A DNA stretch of 61,569 bases, filler included, from Choristocarpus tenellus KU-1152 (taxonomy: Eukaryota; Protista; Phaeophyceae): NCBI GenBank assembly GCA_964200185.2. It is 13 parts of 13 records of this genome, joined end to end, with 100 filler letters (N's around TTAATTAATTAA, not from the genome) between each part and the next. Parts side by side here need not be neighbours in the genome. Positions count along the whole stretch, not along the records: positions 19,737 to 26,750 come from CAXNAD020006861.1; positions 26,851 to 31,947 come from CAXNAD020011890.1; positions 32,048 to 36,192 come from CAXNAD020015991.1; 10 more parts are not named here. One strand, given 5' to 3'. The position numbers and the translations under genes were made by a program. The notes under the pieces are model-generated. The model had not been told where the DNA came from, ran no database searches, and worked only from the letters and a program-made list of their open reading frames with translations. Shown here one piece after another: positions 22,501-35,166 of the stretch (the stretch's first letter is position 1; each line of letters opens with the position of its first letter).

Positions 22501-25479
22501 TTGTATAACTGGAATGAGGTACTACTTTAGTGTGTGTTGTTTGGTACCCCTCTCCAACAAACGCACAGCACATGGTAGGCATCTTTCTTTCTGCACTTCT
22601 ATTTCATCACAGTAGTGTGTTCACCTGTACCACCAAGTTAGCAAGACATTACATGATGAGTCCTCCTCTAGTCTTGAGCACTGGTGACGAGTTGGCAGGT
22701 TTTGTTTAACATGACATTTTTTTCTCATGAACACCATATATTGTACATATTTCCTTTTAGTGTCCGATGCTTTCTCCCCTGATGCCACAAACCACAGTTT
22801 TTCCTTGGTTCATCTGTATTGTTACTGAGATCGCCTGTGTATTTTCATCAACATTACCCACTCTGTCGAATTGAGCACAACATGTTTCTTAGCACATTTT
22901 TGTGGCTTGCGGTCTTCATCTACCAACACTATGCTTCTCCAATTATATATATTTCCTCCGGTACCCTCAGAATGCACAGGATGTGAAACCACTTCATGAT
23001 TTGAATGCTACATTGAAACAGTGAGCAAACTGATGAAGGAAAATGGCCTGCAGCATTGCATGCTCCATCTTCTAAGGTTGAGCCATGCCTCTATATTTCA
23101 ACTCATGCTCAAGACTATCATTGATTACCCGCAGCAACGTTGTCAACTATTCGCTTGTTCTCCCTGTCCTTCTTCTGAAGAATTGAGGAATGAATAAGGG
23201 TTCACATCTGAAGTGGAAAGGAGGTAGTGACATCTTCAGAGAAGGAGGGGGTGAAGAAGGTGGCCCAAGGTGTAGATATGGAGAGAAGGGAACTGTGAAG
23301 TGTGAAATTCGGTTGAAGGTGTGATTTTTGAGTAGGGACAGTAGGGTCCCTAGGACTTGAAACTCGAAGGGAGTGCATGTTTTTTGGTAGGTTTGCGTGG
23401 GGTGTAGTGTGATGAGTACATCTGGTTTATTGTGGGATGGACAGTGTTTGTTGGGGGAGCAGACTCAGTAATACATAATTTGGGTTTGTTGATGGATGAT
23501 ATCTCAATCAATCAACTCGGATTTTGTTGTACTCAGTCACTTCTCCATTGCAGTACTGTCACTTCTATCCAAAACTGGAATAGATGTAGTCATCACACTA
23601 CACCGACAACCGCGCAAATTAACCTCCAAATATACACTTCCCTTGAGTATCAAGTATTATACATAGATGCATAATGCATTCTGGTGAGAGTGTAGGGATG
23701 GGAGTGTTTCTAGCACTGAAGACTTTGCAAAGAGATGTGCAAGCGGTCTCTCTTTGTTGGTGTGTATTGTAATGTTAGGTGTTATTTGAGTGTTGAGAGT
23801 GTAGTGATGTTCTGGTCCAGGGAGTGATCTATATTTTGAAATATGGGATTTGATTGGAGGGTGCTCTGTGATGTTGAGTAGGAATAGTAGTCACACTTGG
23901 TGATAGAGGGGAGTATGCATGCGTGATCGATTTATGACGAGGGTGCGTCCGTGGTATGTCAGCTTAGACTGGAAGTAGGAATTGCTTGACAAAGTGAGTT
24001 TCATTTGGTATGCCAACACATATCTATAGTACAGCGACCCTTATTGTTATCAGGGTTGGAGGGTGAAGTGTGATGTTTGGTTATATGTGAAGGTCGTAAA
24101 TGTAGAAGTCTACTACAAGATATATGGAGGATTCTTTATCTGTGTACAAGTTGTGAAGGATTAACTAGAGGCTGGAATACTTTGTCAAGATGAGAGGAGA
24201 GTGTATTGCTGTGGCCAACTTTCACTTTGATAGACTGCTTAACTAACTTAAAGCTTATGTGTGACTTGGTGGAGGTTGCATTGTGAACTGGGTGCTGCAG
24301 TGGCGCTTCTCTAAACACTAAATGACCAGCTGAAAAGTATTATTGTGTGTTTCCCAACTATCCTGACCCTGATGGTGTCAACCAATAGTGACACTTTGAG
24401 CCTTAGTAGGATCAACCTCATGTACCAATAGTGTATTGTAATCGCAATTCAGTGAGTTAGTACACTATTGTAATATTGCTTACAGATTTTTCTTGTGGCC
24501 TACAGCACTGAATTGGTGTTAAATGAACAGTGAGTAGTGAGTGGATGTATTTCTATACCATTATTATGCAAAAGAGAGCTATTCGAATAGAGTCTTTGCA
24601 TCATGTTGTGTGGATGTATTTATTAGCGGAGTGAGCACTATCCCTTGAGGTGGGGAGTGCTCTCTCTTATTATCTTACTGCACACCTCAGTAGACACATC
24701 GACAAAATGTATCCTGCCGTTAGTCGTTCTATTTTACTTATCTTGTGTAACTAGTACTACATCGGTAATCATCCGTCAATCCATTCATATGAAGTGAGAA
24801 GAACTCAATCATCCGAGATTCGGACATATTACTCTAAAGCCACAAAATCTAGTCCATTACGCTTTGTCTACTTAGTTAACATTTCTGTTGTATGTAGTTG
24901 TCACTAAAAATATGTAAATCTTATAGACTACCAGCCTATATTTCACCATTATGAACAACTGCAGATCTGATGGGTTGACAGCCAAGAACTGGTAAGAACG
25001 ACAGGTTAATTGTATGAGTTGATTTGAGGAAGTGCTTAGATTTGTGAAAAGCAAGTAGGGTAGGACCTCGCACCAGGTTCAATTTGTCAAGTGGAGTTTC
25101 CTTAGGGCATCAAACTAACCAGTGGTCACCATCTGATAATCCCATGTGTTTTGTGCTGAGTCCTGGCAAACGAATGGGATGTCCAACACACAGGGCATAT
25201 ATTACTCGATACATCCACATCTTTGTGTTTATGTGGACTAATAATCTGGAAAATGGGATCTTTTTCTTGTAGTTGGTCATCAGATTTTTGACGGTTAAAA
25301 GCGGTACCTCCATTAGCTCCATTCACATTAGAGATATCAACCCACCAAGAATGGTAGAAATTAAAAAAAAATAGATTACCGTAATTTTATTCAGGCTCTT
25401 GTATATAGAAGCAGTTGTTGGGCTAAGAGTTTTGAACGAAAGTAAAAGAAAGGTACTCAGATTTACCAAATTTGGATTT

Positions 25480-25739
25480 GAGTGAAAGTATCTTAGAGGG
25501 TACGAGTTTTTCCCTGTTTCTCCATTTGGGGCTTGGCTTCCCATGTTATTTTTTATGGCATTTTCCTACTATAAAATGTTTCGGAGTAGGTAAAATGTGC
25601 ACGTTATGAAAAGGTGTGTCCCAGAACAAGGATACCTACACTCCCTAACAAATACGATAGTCAAAATTACTTCAAAATTATAACATTGGATTTTGGCCCC
25701 CAAATGGACGTGGCTCTACCCTGTAAGATACTTTGGCTC
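25480..25739. mobile_element. MITE family A, full length
   Basis: GAGTGAAAGTATCTTAGAGGGTA...TACCCTGTAAGATACTTTGGCTC; flanks ATTT/TTTT match at 3 of 4 positions. Confidence 0.93.
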
Positions 25740-26206
25740 TTTTTTAGAAATGTCTTTAGGAAATTTTCCAAATTCTGTTGAAAACTTGGAAAATACTGCT
25801 TGGAATGCAAAACGGCCAAAAACCAGGTGCTCCTCGTTTAGTTTGACTCGATGGTGCTGGTGACATGAATGTTTGTCTTGTGGGGTTACAAAACAACGAT
25901 TAATGGAATATGCAGGGGTTACAATATGTAAATATAATTGATGTTTTTGTAGAGAAACACACTTGCATAAACTCAAGTCAATATATTTTATGATGATATT
26001 ACTGAACTCCTTTGGTCATGGTTCCTTGTTTTTCAATGATCATACCTAAGGCGATTAAGCATTCGCGATTCGTAGCTCTGTAGTATTTGAGGTTGTCAGA
26101 GGTTCATCAGACATTTGTTGTGTACAATCTGGCCAAAGGAACCCCCAATATATTAACCTCGCAGCACTCTTTTTTTGCCTTTTCCGTATCTCCTGCGCAC
26201 CCATAC

Positions 26207-26472
26207 GTCGCCATGCACCCCTGCATTGTAAAATACACCGTCAGCATCTTTTTCTGCACCGCACGTATTGATTATTGCAAAACCGCCCTGAATTCCGGAT
26301 GTTACGTGAATGATGTACGGGCTACCAGGGAAATGGACAGGCTCACATACGAGAAGTGCGGTATGCATGAGCTCTGGGTCAAGCGCGCCACTACGAGGAG
26401 AGGAAGAGGGAGGTGGCCCAACTTCTGCAGAAGGTTTCATCTGGCGACCAACAGGCGGGGCCCGTTCGCCAA
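26207..26472 (-). CDS. Possible orphan exon
   Basis: GC-richer open frame (...DPELMHTALLVCEPVHFPGSPYIIHVTSGIQGGFAIINTCGAEKDADGVFYNAGVHGD) between a CAG and a GTATGG. No motif recognised. Confidence 0.35.
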
Positions 26473-27280
26473 CTGAGGGCAAACATCTCCACGATAGTCG
26501 AAATGAAACCTCTGCAACGGATCAGAGCCGTGAGTGTGCCTCCTGTGTTCGTAATTACAGCTGAAATGGCTTGTATCGAAAAAAATAGTTGATGCTTGGT
26601 AGGAATGGTTGTGGGTCTTCTTCGTCATCATTGGCGACAGAGTTGCCTTCCATACTACAAACGTTGCTGTTTTGTCAGTTCTAGTCTTTCGTTGCTAATA
26701 GCGGGAATAGCAAATCGTTTCCTTCAACTGTAGACAACGATCTTGGTCAANNNNNNNNNNNNNNNNNNNNNNNNNNNNNNNNNNNNNNNNNNNNTTAATT
26801 AATTAANNNNNNNNNNNNNNNNNNNNNNNNNNNNNNNNNNNNNNNNNNNNCTCACGTGTTTGTGTTTTCCTGTTCTTCGTAGAAGGCGTATGCATTTTTT
26901 TTTTGTGGGTGCCTGTTTCGCTGTTCTGTCTGAGAAGGATTCATTTTTTTTGTTTTGTTATCTACAAAAAAAAATTCTGCTGGATGACCCCCACAACAGT
27001 ACGGTGGTCCCCTTGCTTACGCCGCTCGGAGAGCTTGGCTTGGCAAACAGAGGGTGGGGGGATTTGGATTTTTACTCTATTGGCATGTTGGCTCTTCCTT
27101 GCAATGTGTTCTTCCTTGCAATGTGTTCTTGGCGGTGCTGGCTGATGACTGTAGCGTTTTCATATGGTATCAAGAATATATATATTTATATATTTATATA
27201 TTTATATATTTATATATTTTTTCTGGAAATGGTTATGGTCACGGATTTGGATCGGGCTCGTCAAGGCGCAGATGGCACCG

Positions 27281-27397
27281 TTTATAATGTATGTTTATAA
27301 TGTATGTTTATAATGTATGTTTATAATGTATGTTTATAATGTATGTTTATAATGTATGTTTATAATGTATGCTTATAATGTATGTTTATAATATATG
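27281..27397. repeat. 13-bp tandem repeat (TTTATAATGTATG), about 9 copies
   Basis: Directly visible; a (TATATT)n run lies just upstream at about 27176-27219. Confidence 0.95.
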
Positions 27398-27796
27398 CAT
27401 ACGTCGAAAAGTTGATTGAGAAAAGTAAGTATTATGTTGCTTGTGGTGGGGGTGTTGGGGAGGTGGATTTGTGAGAGGCTTTAGGCTATGTGTTTTTTGT
27501 GCTTGTGTTTTGTTCCTGTATTTTTTCTGTGTGATCACTCGTTGTGCTTGGTGTTGTGTTGTGTTGTGTATTGTGTGTTATGTGTTATGTGTTATGTTGT
27601 GTGTGTATTGAGTTGTGTCCCCCCGACCAAAGCAATACCTACTGAACCAAGCCAACATTGATACTTCACCCTGACGTTGCCACAAATGCTCTCCTGACTG
27701 ACTGAGTGATGGAACCCCATTTCGAATCGAATGCCCTCTCCGTTGTGTGCCTTGCTTGCCTTTGTCATTGTGCCTGGGTTAATGGATGAACAAAAG

Positions 27797-30700
27797 GATG
27801 CTTACCTGGAGGGGCCTCTTGCCTCATCATCAGCTGTAGACATGAATCTGCGTCAGACTATTTCAGAAAGGTAACCCACCTACTGCCAAATGAAATGTTG
27901 AAAAAGCCTTCCATCCTTTCGGTCTACAATTAGAAAAAAATGTTGTTGTGGTTTTGATTCATTTTTTTTTAAATACTGATTTGTTGAATGATCTTATGAT
28001 ATGAAAGTGTGTGGGGGGTGGGGGGGAAAGGTGATTGATGGAGATGACTTTTAGACTCTGCTGTGCTCGAGTGATTTTCCTGTTTTTTGTTTTAGTTTTT
28101 TCTCATTTCATTTATTTTCTCTAGAGCATTATAAAAATGTTCGTATCCTAGGAAGCGGTTTTATTTTTGTTTTTTTATTTTTGAAATTGCAGTATAAGAA
28201 AGATAAATGTGTTGACAGAAGCAAGAAGCTTGAAACTTAATTTTTAAAAATATATTATATATATTTTTTAACGCTTCACTCTCAAGTGGATCGGAAGAGG
28301 CAAGGGGGTTTGAGAGGAGGCGGTGATGAGTGGATTTGAAAATATTGAACATATTTGTAGTATCCGATTTTTTGGAATCATAGTTTTGATTTTCCCTGGC
28401 CCACATGAAAGTGGAACGCCATTTTTCTTGTGGAAGCACTCTGGTAGTCAAGAGCCAATCGAAGACATTCGATTGGCTATCTTCAGTCACTCTTTGTTTG
28501 TCAAGAGTTACTCTGAAATTATTATTTTTTTTCATTTTGTAATTTTGTAATTTTGTCCATGTGATCCATGCGAAAAGTTTGTTCTATGATATAAGTGGAC
28601 ATGTTTTTCCTTTTCCTTAGGAGGAACATTGATTTGTTTACTGCACTAGGTTGTGCATCCATTACTTTTTTTGTTGTTATTGTGTTGGATATCCATTAAT
28701 CTTTCCAGCATTGTGTGGTGTTCCATCCATCCATCCATCCATCCATCCATCCATCCATCCATCTATCTATCCATCCATCCATCTATCTATCCATCTATCC
28801 ATCTATCTATCCATTCATCCATTATCTATAATAGTCACTCACTCACATAGCATCCATCATATCTATGTACATATGAGCACTTTTTTTCCTCTTTTTTTTC
28901 TTCTAAAAAAAAATACTAGGTTGGTAGATCTCAAGCGATGTCGTGGGGGTTCCCTCAAGGGAGGTAGCCCGCCCCCTAAGGGAGGGAGGGGAGGGGGAGG
29001 GGGCAATGTGCGGAATAGCAAGGGTGGGAGGGGGAATGCTAGCGTGGAGTCACTCAGGTGAGATATGATACAGAGTATATAGTATACCTTGAAAGTGTGT
29101 AGTAGAGGTGTAGGTTGAAAGTATATGGTAAAGGTACATATATATCTCAGAGTGCATAGTGAAGGACGCCTGAGAGTGTGAAGTAAGGTATACCTTGAAA
29201 GTGTACAGTAAAGGTACACCTTAAAGTATGTAGTAGAGGTGTAGGTTGAAAGTATATGGTTAAGGTGTATCTCAGAGTACACAGTGAAGGACAACCTTAG
29301 AGTTTGAAGTAAAGGTACACCTTGAAAGTGCACCGTAAAGGTACACCTTAAAGTATGCAGTAGAGTTATAGGTTGGAAGTATATGGTAAAGGTATATCTC
29401 AGAGTGTGAAGAAAATGTATACCTTGAAAGTGCACAGCAATGGTGTATCTCAAAATTTGCATCGAAGGTATGCTTAGAGGTACATAGAAGAGGTACATCT
29501 CCAAGTATAAAGTAGGGGTATACCTTGTTGAAGTACAAAGTGTGTGCATGGTGCAAATTAGGAGAGGAGCTGTCAGTAGATCTAACTGTTTGAGAGGACC
29601 ATCTTTAATTTAGCATTTTTTTTGTCTTCTTCTTACTGAAAATATTGATCTTTGGAGTACTTGGGAGTAGTTCTGTTGTGCCAAATTTTAGGTACATCTT
29701 ATTGGACAATAGGCACTGTGTAGCTGTAGTGCTACAGAGTAGCACTGGGTCAATAGTAGGGCACTAAATAATATAAACTAGAAGTGTATAGAGTAGTAGA
29801 GTAGTAGAGTAGAATGTAGTAGTGATGTGGTGCTACAGAGTGAGCAGTGAAGTGCTACTGAGGAACCAAATTGTACGTCGAGTAGTATGTAGAAGTATCA
29901 AACAAGAACTTGTTTGCCGCAGCAGTGATGTAGTGCTACAGAGCAGGTCTGGAGTGCTACTGGGGGCACTAATTAGTAGTGTGAATCGAAAGCAGTTCTG
30001 AATACAGGTTAAATTGGGAAGAAATTTATCGTTTATTTTATATTGTAGTCAAAGTGTATACACAGAATACATGTATGGAGGCGTGTCAATTACCGAGGTC
30101 CGTGGGCAATGAGGACAGTGCTGCATATTCACACAAAAATAATAATTGGAAATCACCCCTTAAGTGAAATCTTAAGATAAATCCTAAGTTACCCCTTAAG
30201 TTACTCCTCAATTCACAACACTGCTAAATGATTTGTAGGTACAAGATGATGTGAAGTACAGTGCAGTGTGAGTCAAATTGAAATATATATATATATTTTT
30301 CATGATGATGTGAAGAGGGAGGATCAATCAAATCTTGAGGGTTGCCAAAGTGTGGTGATTTGTTAATAGGTTAAGGAGGGCTGGGGCTGTATGCATTTTT
30401 GTTTATAGTTTCTGGTGGGTGCGAAGGGTTGCACGATCAACTGTGCACAATGAATGTTGGGGCGGGGGGGGAAGGGGGCATTTTTTTTGTATGATAAAAA
30501 AATGGTTTGGGGTTAGGGTTAAGGATATGGTAGTACAGCAGGGAGATAATATACAACATAAATGTGGTTAGCTTTGCAGATTTAGGTGTACACAGTATGA
30601 ATGTTAGTCTTGGTTGTGAAATGAATCAGTATGCCATGGGGATGGACCATACCAACATGGTATGGAAAAATGCTCTTGAGCCTTGATTGTAATGCTACAG

Positions 30701-31534
30701 AGTAGTATGGGCAAGTATAAAGTGCTATGAAGCCAGTGAGTTACCTGAACTAGTTGGAGTATGTGCTAATGTAAACTTTTTTTTGTCTTTTTATGTGTAT
30801 TATCCAGAATACTGGTATTCAAAAAAGTACTAATATTGGGTTTGCAGTTTGGTTGGTGTTGTGGTATCTGAAAATAAAATTTCTATGTATGTATGTATGT
30901 ATGTATGTATGTATGTATGTATGTATGTATGTATGTATGTATGTATGTATGTTTTATGGATGCTTGACAAAATACTTATATCGTTAGTGATACATTCCCT
31001 ATGGTCAAGCTCCTTGGTCAACCTACTATCTTCTACTTGCCAGAAATTGTGAACATTCTGGATTTAGCCAGGGGCCTTCCCCTAAGAAGCACCAATGTTT
31101 ATGCTCATGGTGTTGTCTGCCCTCCTTGAAAGACCACCTAGACAACTGGACATAATTAATCAGTCTCTTGATTGATTCACAATGATGCTTTGTATTTATT
31201 TACCCAAAAAGCCTTATTGACCCTAACCCTGGCATTCTAATCCTGTGATATTTTTGTATTTATTGACTCGAAAAGCCTTATTAACCCTAACCCTGGCATT
31301 CTAACCCTGTGATATTTTTGTATTTATTGACACGAAAAGCCTTATTAACCCTAACCCTGGCATTCTAACTCTGTGATATTTTTTTTTTCGATTAGGTCTG
31401 CCGTTTGGGCATTAGGTGATTCCCTACTGATTGCTCAGCAACAGGCATACAAGCCGCTGGAGGAGGGGGTGTTGCCGGCGCTCCAGAGGAGTGAGACGTT
31501 TGGGAATTTTGTTGATGACATGCACGCCCAGGAG
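27797..31534 (+). CDS. RGS-like (regulator of G-protein signalling) domain C-terminal half, partial, 2 exons
   Basis: Exon 27797-27870 (DAYLEGPLASSSAVDMNLRQTISE-ag, then GTAACC) and exon 31396-31534 (g-SAVWALGDSLLIAQQQAYKPLEEGVLPALQRSETFGNFVDDMHAQE, then GT) are phase-2 compatible. The pattern resembles RGS helices 6-9. Confidence 0.65.
28723..28822. repeat. (CCAT/CTAT)n microsatellite
   Basis: Directly visible. Confidence 0.95.
29078..29530. repeat. Degenerate about 25-bp satellite with a 127-131 bp higher-order period
   Basis: Monomers resemble GTAAAGGTAYACCTTGAAAGTGTACA; the variant TAGGTTGRAAGTATATGGT recurs at 29111, 29242 and 29369. Confidence 0.85.
30884..30952. repeat. (TATG)n microsatellite, about 17 copies
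   Basis: Directly visible. Confidence 0.95.
31189..31385. repeat. 64-bp tandem repeat, 3 copies, abutting a splice acceptor
   Basis: GCCTTATT recurs at 31211, 31275 and 31339; the unit contains ACCCTAACCCTGGCATTCTAA. Confidence 0.92.
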
Positions 31535-32047
31535 GTTAGATGCCTTACTGAAGAATTGTTTTGCTCTGAAACCCCATTGTGGGGTTACCCTATGTTACCC
31601 TATAATCTCAGCAAAATCCGATTTAGCCCATCTACCTTTCTCTTCCACCTGCTGCAAATCCACTAGAAATGCCTTCCCAATGCTGTATGAAACCACCCGA
31701 TAAAGGTTCTGAACTATGGTGCTGAACAGAGGTAGCGGAATGTGGCCTGTGTAACATAGGTGTTGCTTAGTTGTACTTTCCTCATACTGTCCCTCTCCTG
31801 GTCATTGTATACACAGTGGCTACATCACTAATTGACTCAACTCTCCCCCCCTCCCCCGTCCCTGCAAAACTTGGAGTTTTTTTTAATGGTAAGAGTTGGA
31901 GAAGATATATATATATATATATGAATAAACATACCCCTGTCCCCCCCNNNNNNNNNNNNNNNNNNNNNNNNNNNNNNNNNNNNNNNNNNNNTTAATTAAT
32001 TAANNNNNNNNNNNNNNNNNNNNNNNNNNNNNNNNNNNNNNNNNNNN

Positions 32048-32116
32048 TCCCATGGGAAACCAACCCCCAAACGGACGAACAGGGCAAAATTCGTACCCTC
32101 TAAGATACTTTCACTC
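32048..32116. mobile_element. MITE family A, partial at contig start
   Basis: ...CCCCAAACGGACGAACAGGGCAAAATTCGTACCCTCTAAGATACTTTCACTC. Confidence 0.9.
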
Positions 32117-32315
32117 TTATTTGTAACCAAATACCTCAGAGTCAGATTTCATTGTTTTCTCCAACGTATTTTTTCCTGGAAGAGGAACAATATTATTTTT
32201 TTAGTGTTCTATTCATGGCAACTGAGTGGTCATTTGCGCCATATAGGATGAAGAACAAAAATATAGCTGGTTTCTCACTCCGATCTTTTACTATTGTCAC
32301 AACAACACGTGGTAG

Positions 32316-32637
32316 GCTGGATAACAACAATGATGGCTATCTAGCTGTCAACTATCCAGGATTTACTCCAATATTGGTTGAGGGGCTGAAGGAGCAGGGT
32401 CGAAACCTACAACACCTTGCCTTCAAGGTTTCAACGTTGGAAGGAGTTTCAAACGAATCTTTATCAACATTAAATCAGGTGAAAATAGATTTAGATATTA
32501 TAACCGAAAAAGTGGCGCTTTTGGAAAGCGATTGGATATCAAGAGTGATGCATTTGGAAGCTGCTGTAAAGGAGCTACATAGCCTGATGGTGAACCACAA
32601 GGAGGAAGGTAGAGAATGGGAGCTGAACCAAGTCTGA
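32316..32637 (+). CDS. Terminal exon: C-terminus of a peptidase S74 / intramolecular chaperone (ICA) domain plus coiled coil
   Basis: After a TAG acceptor the frame reads LDNNNDGYLAVNYPGFTPILVEGLKEQ, followed by heptad-like sequence to the stop. DGYLAVNYxxxxPILVEAxKEQ is the typical end of S74 domains. Confidence 0.8.
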
Positions 32638-34674
32638 ATTGGCTGCACCTAGTGAGTTTGAGGCTAGAGCATCCTTCAGTTAGTGCTCGCTGACCCCCTA
32701 TTTACGAATGTATTGGCCTAGGAAGTGCTGTTTCTGCTTTTGTTCATCAAGGCTAGCCACTTTTATCTTGTACTCCAGAGTGTCTTGTTTGGTGAAGAAT
32801 CTTATTTGCGCTCTTTAATGTTTTAGAGGCATTTGCATTATTGTAAAGCACTACCAACCAGAATTAATTTGCATTATTCAAGCTCTTATCTGTCATCTTG
32901 AGCATCAGCAGAGCTCCGAGCTAATCTCAGAGCAGAGACTTCACATGTAGGTCCAGTGTACAACACGCATGCCTGTTGCCAGATCCTGTATTTTGTGCCC
33001 TTAACAAAAATCAGCAGGGTAGTATATGAAGTCGGTTGCTTTCTTCTCCACACCGTGGTGAGAACAGAAATCACCGTCCCGCAGCGTTGGCACAAGCGAG
33101 AAGGAAGAGCGATCTAACTTCTGAGCTGCTATATTGTGAGACATTAATGTAGAGACTCGAAACCAATCATAATCCGAAATTCCTGAGCAATAGTATCCAC
33201 CCCTTCATTGACGATGCATTCCAAGATCAAGAATCATGATACTCCACAATCTAGGTATGGAGGGTCTGTAGCTTGGCCCACACAACCCATGCGTGTCAGG
33301 TACATTCAGTAAGCGAGGTTAGTTGTGTCAACATCAAGGGCCTAACAGCCCCAAAACGTTTAATGAGAAACAAGAACCCTCACAAAGCAGAAGTGATAGC
33401 GTTCTACTCACCCACACAATATTTGGGAACAGGATCACATCTACAGACTGAGAAAGCTCCACACAGTATTTTGAACTAGTTCCATCTACCTGTCTGTGCT
33501 GTCTAATTCCATTGCAAGTGCTCCCTCAGACTCAACTTTCGGATAAACATCGCTGATGGGTGAAGTAGACACAATGTGCTTGTCATGTGTACCTTGTTGA
33601 GAAGAGAATGGCTTCATGCCAAGGTCGAGGGGTTAGGGTGGAAGATACAATTGGCAGGAATGGAATAACTTTGATGCCACATCGAACCAATGGCATCATC
33701 TGCCCTGAAATCTCCTCCACACCACCAATCTCCACGGTACATGATCTACTACCATTAGTATCACACATAACACAATGCTTCAATAATACCATGTACCTAT
33801 GTGACCTATGTAGAGCTCATGGACACAACCTTCATGTACTGTGCAATGGAAGTAAGTAGATCACAATCGCACACCAGGGGGTATGACCTGGGCATGTGGT
33901 CCTCAAGTTGTTCTGGTACTTCCTTGCAATATAACGTTGATGGGGTACTGCAATGAACTGTAATGCACTCCAGCACAGCAAAAATATCTGCTGAGCAGGA
34001 GGGCAAAAATACACGTCCACTGGCATCGTTCGTTGCCTTGCCTCGCCCATTGCATCTCACTGCTGCTGGCAGAAGCACTGTACCACTGTGCAAAGGGAGA
34101 TGTGTCAGTGAAGGCACCTTCATGTTCTATCTGCCTTCCCAATCCTTGATGAAACATCCTGGAGTTTGCTCACCTCTTTTGGCAGGTGATTGAAACCTGG
34201 TTATGCACAGAGGCAGGGTTTTGAGACCCTATAAACCGAGAGGGAGAAAGTCATGAGATCACTTGTTTGTTCCAGGTAGCACATGAAATCATATATTACT
34301 GAACTTTGTATTCAGCAAAATGTTATGTATCACGTGAAATGCACATGGACCAACCAGTTCAACAACCATAGTTGATTGAATCAACTGAGTGGAAGTGCTG
34401 GAGGTCATCTATGATTTCAAAATGATCGGATTCTTGCCGCAAAGAGGTGTCAGGCCTCGCCCTATCCTAGCCTACTCAACACAGAAGAGGCTACCTCCCC
34501 TCAGATTAAGCCCCACCTTGTTTTTGTACCACATCATTACCGTGAGGAGAATTATCGGTAGGTTCCAGGAGCAGTTCTGAATGCAACACAAGAGATCCTG
34601 ATTCACTCTGTCTTCTCTTGATATTTCTTGTGAGGAGAAGGACTGACTGATGTGGCACCGGGGCTGGAAGGACT

Positions 34675-35166
34675 TTAGCCAATACTTGGCAAGAGACACC
34701 CCCCACCTCCACTTTCTGAAACCTTGGTATCTGTTATGTCCTTGCCACCAACTCGGTCACCACTGATTCTTTTGTCAACTCCGCCCTCCCCTCCTCCGGC
34801 AATGTCTACATTTCTATTGCTGGTAATCCTTCCCTTCAACTCATTTTTCCTTGATGACGACATCCCCCTGGAATGATCTTCTGTAGTTGCAGCTCCACCA
34901 CCCTTCCTTTCCACACACCCTGGCATGGGACTTGCGATCCTGGGCAGCAGGGCAGGAGTTAAGCCAGGCTCTGAGGGTGAGCCTGTGTTGCCCGAGCCTC
35001 CACTTAACTCGTATTCCCCAGTAGCATTCTTCAATCCCCGGGTTCCTTGTCGACCTTCCTCCTCCATGTCATTAATTGTGCTCGCACCCCTTGCACGCAT
35101 TCTCCTTATCCATCTACGGATGAGCACTGTGGAAGTTATGGTATAGTTCCACAGCCGCCATACCTC
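34675..35166 (-). CDS. Probable terminal exon, low-complexity tail, unknown gene
   Basis: AACAACAG acceptor, then 164 codons including the stop (EVWRLWNYTITSTVLIRRWIRRMRARG...LLPSIG*). Confidence 0.6.
   Translation of the reverse strand, partial: EVWRLWNYTITSTVLIRRWIRRMRARGASTINDMEEEGRQGTRGLKNATGEYELSGGSGNTGSPSEPGLTPALLPRIASPMPGCVERKGGGAATTEDHSRGMSSSRKNELKGRITSNRNVDIAGGGEGGVDKRISGDRVGGKDITDTKVSESGGGGCLLPSIG

Noticed and set aside
28863-29549. 228-aa ORF
   Set aside because: It is a read-through of a satellite antisense to the host intron and has no protein-like features.
33806-34123. DIRS/LTR RNase H suggested by NDASG
   Set aside because: A single short motif with no supporting RT or RNase H residues.
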